A stretch of 64,000 nucleotides of DNA from Terriglobia bacterium. GTDB taxonomy: Bacteria; Acidobacteriota; Terriglobia; JAJPHL01; JAPKYU01. Shown here piece after piece: positions 10,150 to 19,298 of the stretch. Below the pieces are notes generated by a model. It was not told the origin of the DNA and did not search any database. It was given only the letters and a program-made list of their open reading frames with translations. The stretch's first letter is position 1. Every line of letters starts with the position of its first letter. The stretch is from contig CBDCVK010000002.1 in the NCBI GenBank assembly GCA_965223005.1, forward strand, positions 416,001 to 480,000, written 5' to 3'. Both the position numbers and the translations under genes were made by a program.

Positions 10150-10647
10150 CTATTGTTTCCTCTGGGCCAGCACTACCGCTCCCATGATCGCCACCAGGAT
10201 GAGCACCGAGGTGACCTCAAACGCCAGCAGGTACTCGTCAAACAGCAGCCTGCCGATGTCTCTTGTGCCTCCGACGAAGGTGCCGAAGGTCGACACTTGC
10301 GTGTACTCCCGGTGCAGCAGGCGCGCGAACTGGACCAGGAACAGCAGGATCAGCAAGACCAACGGCAGCCCCAAGAACCTCGCCAGCAACGACCGGTTCG
10401 TGCGCACCTCCTCGCCAGCGTTCAGCAGCATGATCACGAACACGAACAGCACCATGATGGCCCCGGCGTACACAATCACCTGCACCGCGGCGATAAACTC
10501 GGCGCCCAGCAGCAGGTAGAGCACGGCCAGAGCGCCCATGACGCCGATCAGCGACAGGGCGCTATAAATGGGATGGCGCGAGAGCAGCAGGTTCAGAGCC
10601 GCCCCTATGGCGATTCCGGCGAAAATCAGAAACAGCAGTTTTTCCAT
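10150..10647 (-). CDS. nuoJ: NADH-quinone oxidoreductase subunit J
   Basis: [31 protein letters not shown]. Confidence 0.96.
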   Translation of the reverse strand: MEKLLFLIFAGIAIGAALNLLLSRHPIYSALSLIGVMGALAVLYLLLGAEFIAAVQVIVYAGAIMVLFVFVIMLLNAGEEVRTNRSLLARFLGLPLVLLILLFLVQFARLLHREYTQVSTFGTFVGGTRDIGRLLFDEYLLAFEVTSVLILVAIMGAVVLAQRKQ

Positions 10648-10681
10648 TTCGCGCTTCCGTGATCTACGAAGATCTACGAAA

Positions 10682-11935
10682 TTAGGCCCGCAGCGCCACG
10701 ATGAGCCCGGTGATCAGAATATTGACCGCCGCCACCGGCAGCAGCAATTTCCAGCCAATGGTCATTAACTGGTCATAGCGGAAGCGCGGGATGCTCCACC
10801 GCACCCATATAAAAAACAAAAGGAAGACCAGCACTTTAGAGGAAAACCAGAACAGCGGTTCGGCCGCGCGCGCAAACCAGTCATTGAGAAAACCCAGCCC
10901 GATCCCCGCCAGCGCCAGACCCAGCGCCGCGACCACCAGCAACCCCAGGGATTGGCTGCTGACGGACTCGCTGGTCAGGATGGCGGCTTTTGTCCTGCGC
11001 AGCTTGCTCTCCACGGTCTTTCGCTGGAAGCTCCGTCCCACCGTCCACAGGATGGCGCCCGCGACACCCAACAGCACGACCAGAGGCACGTAGCGCAGCC
11101 CATCCCAGGGTAGGGGCCGCAGCCAGCCGCCGAAGAACAGGATGGTAGTCACCGCCGAGGCCGTCACCATGTGGGCGTATTCGGCGGTGAAAAACATGGC
11201 GAATTTCAGGCTGCTGTACTCGGTGTGAAAGCCGGCCACCAACTCGGTTTCCGCTTCCGCCAGGTCGAAGGGCAGACGGTTGGTTTCGGCGAAGGCCGCG
11301 GTGAGAAACGCAAAGAAAGCAATAGCTTGCGGCCAAATGTTCCACTTAGGGATGAAGCCCAGCCAAAAGCCTGACTGGCCATCGACGATGCCCCGCAGGC
11401 TCAGCGTTCCGGAGAGAATCAGCACGCCGATGACGGCAAAACTCATGGCCAGCTCGTAGCTGATCATCTGGGCTGAGCTGCGCAGACCGCCCAGCAACGA
11501 GTACTTGCTCCCGGAGGACCAGCCGGCCAGCGCCACGCCGTAGACCCCCAACGAGGTGACAGCCAGCACAAACAGCAGCCCAATGTTCAGGTCGGTAACC
11601 TGCATCCAGATCTTGTAGCCACCAATCTCCACCTGGGGACCGAAGGGGATGACGGCGATGGACATCAACGCCAGCGCCACCGCCAGGAAGGGCGCTAGGA
11701 AGTAAAGCGGCCGGTCCGCCTGAGCCGGCGTCGTGTCCTCCTTGAAGATGAATTTCAACACGTCGGCCAGCGGCTGCAAAAGCCCGTGGGGGCCGACGCG
11801 ATACGGGCCCCAGCGCGACTGAATGTGCGCGGCAACCTTGCGCTCGACCCAAACCACATAGGCCAGCAACGTCAGCAGGACAAACAGCACCACCGAGATT
11901 TTCAGTAACGTGACGATAAGGAAGGAGCCGCTCAT
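10682..11935 (-). CDS. nuoH: NADH-quinone oxidoreductase subunit H (long form)
   Basis: ERKVAAHIQSRWGP, LRSSAQMISYE, ETNRLPFDLAEAETELVAGFHTEYS, PRFRYDQ. Confidence 0.97.
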   Translation of the reverse strand: MSGSFLIVTLLKISVVLFVLLTLLAYVVWVERKVAAHIQSRWGPYRVGPHGLLQPLADVLKFIFKEDTTPAQADRPLYFLAPFLAVALALMSIAVIPFGPQVEIGGYKIWMQVTDLNIGLLFVLAVTSLGVYGVALAGWSSGSKYSLLGGLRSSAQMISYELAMSFAVIGVLILSGTLSLRGIVDGQSGFWLGFIPKWNIWPQAIAFFAFLTAAFAETNRLPFDLAEAETELVAGFHTEYSSLKFAMFFTAEYAHMVTASAVTTILFFGGWLRPLPWDGLRYVPLVVLLGVAGAILWTVGRSFQRKTVESKLRRTKAAILTSESVSSQSLGLLVVAALGLALAGIGLGFLNDWFARAAEPLFWFSSKVLVFLLFFIWVRWSIPRFRYDQLMTIGWKLLLPVAAVNILITGLIVALRA

Positions 11936-12048
11936 CCCCTAAGATATGCCTTGCGCCGGTCAGCTATGCTTTGCTCCGGGTTTCACCGGCCGCCGACCGA
12001 CTCCGCAAGCTCGCCGGCTCTGCATCGGCAAATCCGCCTGCAACGCTA

Positions 12049-14280
12049 CTACTCGCCCAAGCCCGGCGGATTCTTGTGCAGGTCTTTCTCCACCACAGAA
12101 TTGAGGGTGTTACTGTACCTGCCGAGGGTTCCCGAAGTAAACAGAGTGTCATTGGCTGAATAAATCAGCTCGGGCCGGGCACGGTGGGGCACCCGTCCGT
12201 CCAAGGGCAGAGCAGGAACGGCGCCGCCGGTTAGCAAGGTGGCCATCGGCAGGTCGTAGCCCTTCACCAGTTGCCGGATTTCTTCGAACACCTCTTCGTT
12301 CTGGATCGATCCCAGATCCACGCCCATTTCTTTGGCGATCAGGCCAAGGATTTCCAGGTCCGGCTTGGGGCCGTTGACGGTGAGCGCCTTTTGCAGCCGT
12401 TGCACCTCGCCGCAGGTATTGGTGACCGTGCCGGGAATCTCATAGGTGCTCGAGGCCGGCAGCACCACGTCGGCCCCCTCGGCAGTTTCCGTCAGGAACA
12501 GGTCCTGCACCACCAAGAACGTTCGGCCTGCCTCCAGGGGATAGCGCTTGACGGGATTGGCCCCGACGACGTAGAGCGCACCCACTTCGCCGCGCTGGGC
12601 TGCGGCCATCATTTCATCCAGCGCCAGCCCCGGCGCCTCCGGAACCAAGCCTTTCCAGCGCTCTTCCAAGCGCCTTCGGCCAGCCGTGTCGGCCACGGGC
12701 ACGTAGCCCGGCAGCAGGTCGGGGAACAACCCCATGTCGGCGGCGCCGCGCGAGTTGTTGTAGTCGGCCAGGGCGATGTAGCGCGTGCTCCCTTCCAAAG
12801 TATCTCCGAAGCGCACCAAGCGGGCGACGTCCGGGCCTTTCACCTCCGAGCCAAAGACCACCAACAGGTCCTTCTCCCCGCGGAGCTGCTCGCGGAAGCT
12901 ACTCCATGACTCGCGGTCTGCGCCGGCTGGCAACGCCTCGTCCCGACCACCGAGAAACTCCAGCGCCGGGCCTTCTTCGCCCCGCCGGATCAGCTGGAAG
13001 CCGCCCCCGGCCGCCGTCTGCCGCTCCAGTTTGATTCTCTGTCGGCTGATGACGAACAGCCGCCCGTGATTGAGCCGCACGTTGGTTCGGATATTCCAGG
13101 CGAGCAGCGGATGCTGGTCGGTGGGGTTGTTGCCAAGGAGCAGGATTGCTGGAGCAGTAAGCAGGTCGGTGGAGGTGGCCAGCGGTCGGGGCCCGTTCGA
13201 CCTCCCGTTGAGCGCGTCCATGAGCGCCGGGTAGTCGGCGCTGCGGCGATGGTCAATGTTGTTGGTGGCGAGCACCAGGCGGGCGAACTTCTGGAGGCAA
13301 TAGCCGGCTTCATTGCTGCTGTGGCTGGAGCCCACCACAGCAAACGCCTGGCCTCGGTTTCGAAGTTCCTGGAAGCGACCACCCACTGCGGCCAGCGCTT
13401 CCGCCCAGGAGACCGGCACCAGTGGGCCGCCCTTGCGCAGGAGGGGATCGGTGAGTCGCCCCGGGTGGTCGAGGAAGTCGTAGGCGTAGCGCCCCTTGAT
13501 GCACAGGAACTCGCCATTAATCCCGCTGTGGTCGCGGTTGTTGGCGCGCAGGATTCTGTTATTGCGCACGCTGAGCGTCGTCTTGCAGCCGTCTCCGCAG
13601 TGCGTGCAGATGGTGGGGACATAGCGGATTTCCCAGGGGCGCGCCTTGTGGCGGTAGGCCCCGCTGGTCAAAGCTCCGACCGGGCAGATGTCGATGCAGG
13701 CGCCGCACTCTTCGCACTCCAGGTGATTTCCCCGGTTGGGCGCGATCTCGGAATGCGCGCCGCGGTTCACCACTCCCAGCGCGCCCACGTCCATTCCCTC
13801 GTCGCAGACTCGCACGCAGCGGAAACACAGAATACAGCGCGGGGCGTCGAAGTAGACCACGGGCGACCACTGCTGTTCGTTGACGTGCAGCTTCTCCTCG
13901 CGGAAACGGCTTCCACCGGCGCCATAACGGAAGACCATGTCCTGCAATTCGCACTCGCCGCCCTTGTCGCACACTGGGCAGTCCAGCGGATGGTTGGTGA
14001 GCAGGAACTCCAGGGTGGATTTGCGCGCCAGCTTCACTTTTTCGGTGCTGGTGCGCACCACCATGCCTTCCCCTACTGGCACGGTGCAGGCGGTCTGCAG
14101 CTTGGGCGTCTTCTCGATTTCCACCATGCACATGCGGCAGGCGGCTTGGAGTGACAGCCCAGGGTAGTAACAAAACGAAGGGACCTCGATGCCCTCGCGT
14201 TTTGCAGCTTCAATCAGGAGGGTCCCCGCAGGCGCCTGAACCTGCCGGCCGTCAATTGTCAGGGTCACCAGGTCTGGCAT
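12049..14280 (-). CDS. nuoG: NADH-quinone oxidoreductase subunit G
   Basis: N1b (CY..ACRMC..C), N5 (HPLDCPVCDKGGEC), N4 (CILCFRC) and N7 (CTHCGDGC) Fe-S motifs plus a molybdopterin-oxidoreductase-like C-part. Confidence 0.96.
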   Translation of the reverse strand: MPDLVTLTIDGRQVQAPAGTLLIEAAKREGIEVPSFCYYPGLSLQAACRMCMVEIEKTPKLQTACTVPVGEGMVVRTSTEKVKLARKSTLEFLLTNHPLDCPVCDKGGECELQDMVFRYGAGGSRFREEKLHVNEQQWSPVVYFDAPRCILCFRCVRVCDEGMDVGALGVVNRGAHSEIAPNRGNHLECEECGACIDICPVGALTSGAYRHKARPWEIRYVPTICTHCGDGCKTTLSVRNNRILRANNRDHSGINGEFLCIKGRYAYDFLDHPGRLTDPLLRKGGPLVPVSWAEALAAVGGRFQELRNRGQAFAVVGSSHSSNEAGYCLQKFARLVLATNNIDHRRSADYPALMDALNGRSNGPRPLATSTDLLTAPAILLLGNNPTDQHPLLAWNIRTNVRLNHGRLFVISRQRIKLERQTAAGGGFQLIRRGEEGPALEFLGGRDEALPAGADRESWSSFREQLRGEKDLLVVFGSEVKGPDVARLVRFGDTLEGSTRYIALADYNNSRGAADMGLFPDLLPGYVPVADTAGRRRLEERWKGLVPEAPGLALDEMMAAAQRGEVGALYVVGANPVKRYPLEAGRTFLVVQDLFLTETAEGADVVLPASSTYEIPGTVTNTCGEVQRLQKALTVNGPKPDLEILGLIAKEMGVDLGSIQNEEVFEEIRQLVKGYDLPMATLLTGGAVPALPLDGRVPHRARPELIYSANDTLFTSGTLGRYSNTLNSVVEKDLHKNPPGLGE

Positions 14281-14284
14281 GGGG

Positions 14285-15568
14285 TTAGTGCTTCCCTTCG
14301 AACCGGCAGGGTCCGCCGTTCAAGTGGTCTTCAAATTCGTGGCGAAAGTGCTTCACGATGCTGATGGTGGGCATGGCCGCGGCGTCGCCCAGCGGGCAGA
14401 AGGTACGGCCCAGGATATTGTGGGCCAGCTCGCTGATCAGCTCAACGTCGCTCGAGACGCCCTCGCCGCGGTGGAGGCGTGCCAGCATCTTGTGTAGCCA
14501 GGTGGTCCCTTCGCGGCAGGGGATGCACCAGCCGCAGGACTCGTGGGCATAGAACTGCATGATTCGCAACGCCACCTGCACCATGCAGGTGTCCTCATCC
14601 ATCACCACCACGCCACCGGAGCCCAAAAAGGAGCCGAGCTTGGCCAACGAGTCAAAGTCCATGGGCGTGTCCAGATGCTCCTCCACTAGGATCGGGGTGG
14701 AGGAGCCGCCGGGAATCACCGCCTTGAGCCGCTTGCCGCCGGGAATACCGCCTCCGACTTCGTAGATCATCGTGCGCAGCGACATGCCCAGGGGTAGCTC
14801 GTAGACGCCCGGACTGTTGACGTGACCGCTGAGCGCGAACAGGCGGGTGCCGCCGTTCTTGGGCGTGCCCAGGCTGTGGAACCAGTCGCCACCGTGCAGG
14901 ATGATCGGCGGCACGGCTGCATACGTCTCCACGTTGTTGAGCACTGTGGGGCACTGATAGAGGCCCGCCACCGCCGGGAACGGCGGGCGGATGCGCGGGA
15001 TGCCGCGCTTGCCTTCCAGCGATTCCAGAAGCGCCGACTCCTCGCCGCACTCGTAGGCCCCGGCCCCGGTGTGGGTCGACAGCTCGAAGTTGAACCCGCT
15101 GCCCAGGATGTTCTTGCCCAGGAAGCCGCCCGCATAAGCCTCCTCGATAGCCCGGTCCATGATTTCGATCAAGTATCGATACTCGCCGCGAATGTAGATG
15201 TAGCCCTGCTGGGCGGTGACCGCCAGGCCGGCAATCAGTATCCCTTCAATGATGCCGTGCGGGTCGTACTCCATCAGCAGGCGGTCTTTGCAGGTGCCCG
15301 GTTCGCTTTCGTCGGCGTTGCAAACCACATACTTCGGCTTGGACGACTGGCGCGGCACGAAGCTCCACTTCATCCCCGCCGGAAAGCCCGCGCCGCCCCG
15401 GCCGCGCAGAGCCGATTTCTTCACCTCGTCCACAACGGCCTCCGGCGTCATCTCAACAGCCTTGCGCAGGGCCTGGTAGCCCTCGTGTGCCAGGTAGGTC
15501 TGGAGCGAGGCCGAATCCGGCAGCTCGAACCGCTTGCTGACCACCTTAACTTCTAGCGAGTGTCCCAT
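14285..15568 (-). CDS. nuoF: NADH-quinone oxidoreductase subunit F
   Basis: LRGRGGAGFPAG, NADESEPGT, GAGAYECGEE, ESCGWCIPCREG. Confidence 0.98.
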   Translation of the reverse strand: MGHSLEVKVVSKRFELPDSASLQTYLAHEGYQALRKAVEMTPEAVVDEVKKSALRGRGGAGFPAGMKWSFVPRQSSKPKYVVCNADESEPGTCKDRLLMEYDPHGIIEGILIAGLAVTAQQGYIYIRGEYRYLIEIMDRAIEEAYAGGFLGKNILGSGFNFELSTHTGAGAYECGEESALLESLEGKRGIPRIRPPFPAVAGLYQCPTVLNNVETYAAVPPIILHGGDWFHSLGTPKNGGTRLFALSGHVNSPGVYELPLGMSLRTMIYEVGGGIPGGKRLKAVIPGGSSTPILVEEHLDTPMDFDSLAKLGSFLGSGGVVVMDEDTCMVQVALRIMQFYAHESCGWCIPCREGTTWLHKMLARLHRGEGVSSDVELISELAHNILGRTFCPLGDAAAMPTISIVKHFRHEFEDHLNGGPCRFEGKH

Positions 15569-16079
15569 TGTTCCGAAGCTTTTCCATCAGTTCGTCAAAC
15601 TTTTCTGGAGTCATCTCATGGTAGAAGTCGTAATTCACCTGCAGCGCAGGCGCCCAGGAGCAGGCACCGATGCATTCCACTTCTTCCAGGGAGAACACCC
15701 CATCCGCGCTGGTCTGCTTGTGCTGGAGACCCAGCTTCCGCTGCGCGTGTTCGTAGAGACGGTAGGCGCCACGCAGCATGCAGGAGATGTTGGTGCAGAC
15801 CTGGACGTGATACTTGCCGGCCGGCTGGCGGCGCAGCATCGAGTAGTAGCTGATCACCTCCTCCACCTGCAGCTCACTCAGCTCCAGGCGGGCGGCGATT
15901 TCGATCTTTACCTCCGGGCTCAGGAAGCCCATCTCGTCCTGGGCCCAGAGCAGCATGGGGATCAGAGCCGAGCGCCGCACCGGATAGCGCGCCAGCAGCC
16001 GCTCAAACTGTCCTTCCAGTTGATCGCTGAAACGCATTCGGGTTGCTACCTGAACGCCGTTGCCGCTCGAGGAATGCAT
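15546..16079 (-). CDS. nuoE: NADH-quinone oxidoreductase subunit E
   Basis: 2Fe-2S ligands CTNISC...CIGAC; start may be the ATG at 16037. Confidence 0.95.
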   Translation of the reverse strand: MHSSSGNGVQVATRMRFSDQLEGQFERLLARYPVRRSALIPMLLWAQDEMGFLSPEVKIEIAARLELSELQVEEVISYYSMLRRQPAGKYHVQVCTNISCMLRGAYRLYEHAQRKLGLQHKQTSADGVFSLEEVECIGACSWAPALQVNYDFYHEMTPEKFDELMEKLRNNGTLARS

Positions 16080-16134
16080 GTCTTACAGGTTCCAGATGGC
16101 CGGCCCCAGACGGCCGGTTAAAGCCGGTCGCTAG

Positions 16135-16188
16135 GTAGCGGCGCCCTTCAAGACGACATCTTCTTGGCAGGCTGAAGCCTGCCGCTAC
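16135..16188. repeat. REP-like (GTAG-type) palindromic element
   Basis: GTAGCGGCGCCCTTCA...GGCAGGCTGAAGCCTGCCGCTAC: GTAG/CTAC termini with internal palindromes. Confidence 0.8.
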
Positions 16189-16200
16189 GCCGCGACTCCA

Positions 16201-17394
16201 CTACCGGTCAATCTCACCGAGCACGATGTCAATCGAGGCGATGCAGGCCACCACATCAGCGATCAACCGCCCCTCGACCATTTTCGGCAAGGCCCGCAGG
16301 TTGGCAAAGGAGGGCGCGCGCACATACATCCGGTAGGGATGGCTGGTGCCGTCGCTGACGACGTAGTAGACCATCATGCCCCGCGGCGATTCTACCGCCT
16401 GGTAAACCTCTCCCGGAGGGACGCGGAAGCCCTCGGTGACAATCTTAAAATGGTAAATGAGGGCCTCCATCTCCGTCTTCATCTTTTCCCGTTCCGGCAA
16501 CACAACATGCGGGACGTCGGCGATCACCGGACCTTCCGGCAAGCCTTCCAGCGCCTGATGCGCAATCTTAGTGCTCTCCCGCATCTCCTCCAGCCGCACC
16601 AGGTAGCGGGCATAGACGTCGCCCTCGGTCCGCACCGGCACCTGGAACTGGAACTGCTCGTACGAACTGTAAGGATTGCTCTTGCGCAGATCCCAGTCCA
16701 CGCCGCTGGCGCGCAGGATGGGGCCGGTGACCCCCAGGGCGATCGCGTCCTCGGCCGAGATGTAGCCAACCCCGCGGGTGCGGCCGATCCAGATACGGTT
16801 CTCGGTCAGCAGCGCCTCGTACTCGTCCATCCGGTCCGGGAAATAGGAGAGGAACTTGCGGACGCGGTCGAAGAAGCCCAGCGGCGGCGGCAGCGCTAAG
16901 CCGCCCACCCTAAAGTAGCTGGTCATCATCCGCTGCCCGGAGGCCATTTCGAAGATGCGAAGCAACTCCTCCCGCTCGCGGAAACAGTAGAGAAAAACGG
17001 AGGCCGCGCCGATGTCCAGGGCATGTGTTCCCAGCCAGACTAGGTGGCTGTTCAACCGGGTCAGCTCGTTCAGCAGCACCCGAAGCCACTGAGCGCGGGC
17101 CGGAACCTCCAGTCCCAGCAGCTTCTCCACCGCCAGCACGTAGCACAGGTTGTTGGTCAGCGGGCAAAGGTAGTCAATGCGGTCCGTCAGGGTGATGGCT
17201 TGCGAGTACGTCTTGCCTTCGGCGGTCTTTTCGATGCCCGTATGCAGGTACCCGATGTCGGGCACGCAACGCACCACGGTCTCTCCGTCCAGCTCCAGAA
17301 TCAGACGTAACACGCCGTGGGTGGAGGGGTGCTGCGGCCCCATGTTCAGGGTCATGGTCTGGGTGCCGGACGGCGGGCTGACGGTGGGAGGCAT
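16201..17394 (-). CDS. nuoD: NADH-quinone oxidoreductase subunit D
   Basis: NMGPQHPSTHGVLR, GYLHTGIEK, DRIDY, C-terminal DIVLGEIDR. Confidence 0.98.
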   Translation of the reverse strand: MPPTVSPPSGTQTMTLNMGPQHPSTHGVLRLILELDGETVVRCVPDIGYLHTGIEKTAEGKTYSQAITLTDRIDYLCPLTNNLCYVLAVEKLLGLEVPARAQWLRVLLNELTRLNSHLVWLGTHALDIGAASVFLYCFREREELLRIFEMASGQRMMTSYFRVGGLALPPPLGFFDRVRKFLSYFPDRMDEYEALLTENRIWIGRTRGVGYISAEDAIALGVTGPILRASGVDWDLRKSNPYSSYEQFQFQVPVRTEGDVYARYLVRLEEMRESTKIAHQALEGLPEGPVIADVPHVVLPEREKMKTEMEALIYHFKIVTEGFRVPPGEVYQAVESPRGMMVYYVVSDGTSHPYRMYVRAPSFANLRALPKMVEGRLIADVVACIASIDIVLGEIDR

Positions 17395-17862
17395 TTAGCG
17401 AATCCCCTCGATGGGGAAATCCTTGCGCAACGGATGGCCCTCCCAATCCTCCGGCATCAGAATGCGCGTGAGATTCGGATGGCCGCGGAAGCGCACTCCG
17501 AACAGGTCAAACACCTCTCGCTCGTACCAGTCAGCCGCCGGCCACACCGAAATCACCGAATCCACCCGCGGCTCTTGGCCTCCCACCTGCGCCACCAAAC
17601 GCAGGTGCTTGAACTCGGTGAGGCAGTACAGTTGGTAGACGAGGCGGAACCGAGGCTCGACCGGATACGCGTCAGTGGCTGTGATGCTGGCCAGTAGCTG
17701 GTAGCCGCGGGTGCGGAACCATTCGCAAGCAGCCGCAACCTTATTGGGGGCCACCTCCAAGGTCAGTTCTCCGCGATCGTCTCGCCCCCCGACTAGAATC
17801 GAGGGGTCGTACGCTTCGAGCGCCGCCGCCTCGGGGAACTGCTGGATCTGGTGGGGAACCAT
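17395..17862 (-). CDS. nuoC: NADH-quinone oxidoreductase subunit C
   Basis: WYEREVFDLFG...GHPNLTRILMPEDWEGHPLRKDFP. Confidence 0.97.
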   Translation of the reverse strand: MVPHQIQQFPEAAALEAYDPSILVGGRDDRGELTLEVAPNKVAAACEWFRTRGYQLLASITATDAYPVEPRFRLVYQLYCLTEFKHLRLVAQVGGQEPRVDSVISVWPAADWYEREVFDLFGVRFRGHPNLTRILMPEDWEGHPLRKDFPIEGIR

Positions 17863-18248
17863 TATTCACCAGGGCCCGCCTGAGACCAGTCCAGCGCGCC
17901 CTTCTTCCAGATGTAGACGAACCCGGAGAAGATGACGATCATGTAGATCACCATCTCCACGAATCCAAACAACTTCAACTCGCGCAAGATGACCGCCCAC
18001 GGGTAGAGAAATACGGCTTCCACGTCGAACAGGATGAACAGCATGGCCACCAGGTAAAACTTGACGCTGAACCGCTGGCGCGTATCGCCCACCGGCACCA
18101 TGCCCGACTCGTAGGGGGTGAGCTTGGCCGGTGTCGGAACGTGCCGCCCGATCAGTGAGGAAGCTGCCAGCATGCCCCCAGCAATGACGAATACGAAGAT
18201 GCCGTGCAATAGCACGGGGAAGTAGCTTTCCAAGTAGGTGCCCGTCAT
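17862..18248 (-). CDS. nuoA: NADH-quinone oxidoreductase subunit A
   Basis: KLTPYESG, KFYLVAMLFILFDVE, WKKGALDW; stop overlaps the nuoC start (TAATG). Confidence 0.97.
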   Translation of the reverse strand: MTGTYLESYFPVLLHGIFVFVIAGGMLAASSLIGRHVPTPAKLTPYESGMVPVGDTRQRFSVKFYLVAMLFILFDVEAVFLYPWAVILRELKLFGFVEMVIYMIVIFSGFVYIWKKGALDWSQAGPGE

Positions 18249-18323
18249 GGCATAATCCTGTGCCGCTCGTAGGAGACGTTAGGTATAATGGCGCCCCCCA
18301 AGAGCAGAGGCCTAAACCAGGGC

Positions 18324-18352
18324 ACTATACTGTTGGGCGAACAAATTTGCAA
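18324..18352 (-). promoter_or_regulatory. Sigma70-type promoter of the nuo operon
   Basis: TTGCAA-N17-TATAGT on the minus strand, about 75 bp upstream of nuoA. Confidence 0.6.
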
Positions 18353-18367
18353 GTTGGGGCCCGCGAG

Positions 18368-18970
18368 ATGATTTTCGGCTACAACACGGACGTCAAAGCG
18401 GGGGACACCGTTTACCACGTGCAGACAGAAGACCGCGGAGAAAAGCACCCAGTGATTGATTCGGTCATCTATAGGGGAGGCCGAATCGTGGATCGCCGCC
18501 GGACATCTTACCAGCCCGGCGAAACGAAAACGGAGCAACTGCAGGAGATGGTGAAGCGGCAGCACCGCGAACTGGTGGAAGCCATCCGGGGAGGGACGTA
18601 CGTGGAACCCGAGAAGCCTCCACCGCCGGCGCCGGCGAAACAGCCCGCTCCGGCCCCCGCCGCTCCGGCATCCCCGGCGCTGGAGCTGACCAACGCGCGC
18701 GACATCGTGCAAGACGGTCAGTTGCTGTTCCAGCTGCGGGTCCGAGACCGGGTCAACGGCCAGCCGCTTTCCGACGCCGTGGTCCACGCGGTGCTCGCCT
18801 CCGGCGAGGAACAGGAAACGCGCGGCGAGACCACCACATCGGCCGAGGGGATAGCCGAGATCCGCCTCGATCCCCCTGCGGCGGAGGAGGGAGTAGTACT
18901 GTTCCACGCCGCCGCCGGAGGGGCCTCCGAGGTTTTGAAGTTTCGGCTCCTGCGCCATCCCGAGGAGTAA
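18368..18970 (+). CDS. Conserved hypothetical protein (YHVQTED N-terminal domain, Pro/Ala linker, Ig-like C-terminal domain)
   Basis: FGYNTDVK..YHVQTEDRG..QHRELVEAIRGG, PPPPAPA linker, beta-rich C-domain; high-GC3 codon usage. Confidence 0.75.
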   Translation: MIFGYNTDVKAGDTVYHVQTEDRGEKHPVIDSVIYRGGRIVDRRRTSYQPGETKTEQLQEMVKRQHRELVEAIRGGTYVEPEKPPPPAPAKQPAPAPAAPASPALELTNARDIVQDGQLLFQLRVRDRVNGQPLSDAVVHAVLASGEEQETRGETTTSAEGIAEIRLDPPAAEEGVVLFHAAAGGASEVLKFRLLRHPEE

Positions 18971-18984
18971 GTTGGGGCGCGCAA

Positions 18985-19188
18985 GTGATTGCGATTTCCG
19001 TGAATGGGGAAGTTCGCTCGGTGCCGGAGGGTATCTCTCTGGATGCTCTGGTGCGCCTTCTGGAGCTCCCGGAGGATCGGGTGGCCATCGAGCACAATCG
19101 CGAAGTGGTCCACCGGGTCCGCTGGTCGGCGGTGCAGGTGGGTGAAGGCGACCAGGTGGAAATTGTACAGTTCGTGGGGGGCGGCTAG
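18985..19188 (+). CDS. thiS: Sulfur carrier protein ThiS
   Basis: 67 aa, VNGE start, VAIEHNREVV, C-terminal EIVQFVGGG. Confidence 0.93.
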   Translation: MIAISVNGEVRSVPEGISLDALVRLLELPEDRVAIEHNREVVHRVRWSAVQVGEGDQVEIVQFVGGG

Positions 19189-19245
19189 TCGGCCGGAGTC
19201 CTCCCAGGTGTTTCCGGATAGTTAACCCGAGATTGGTTTTTCTGC

Positions 19246-19285
19246 TTGACAGCTTTAACAGTGGCCAGCTAACTTGTTTCAAACA
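19246..19285 (+). promoter_or_regulatory. Promoter of the MerR-family gene with downstream palindrome
   Basis: TTGACA-N18-TAACTT followed by the palindrome TGTTTCAAACA (19275-19285). Confidence 0.45.
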
Positions 19286-19298
19286 CGGAGCTTAGAAA

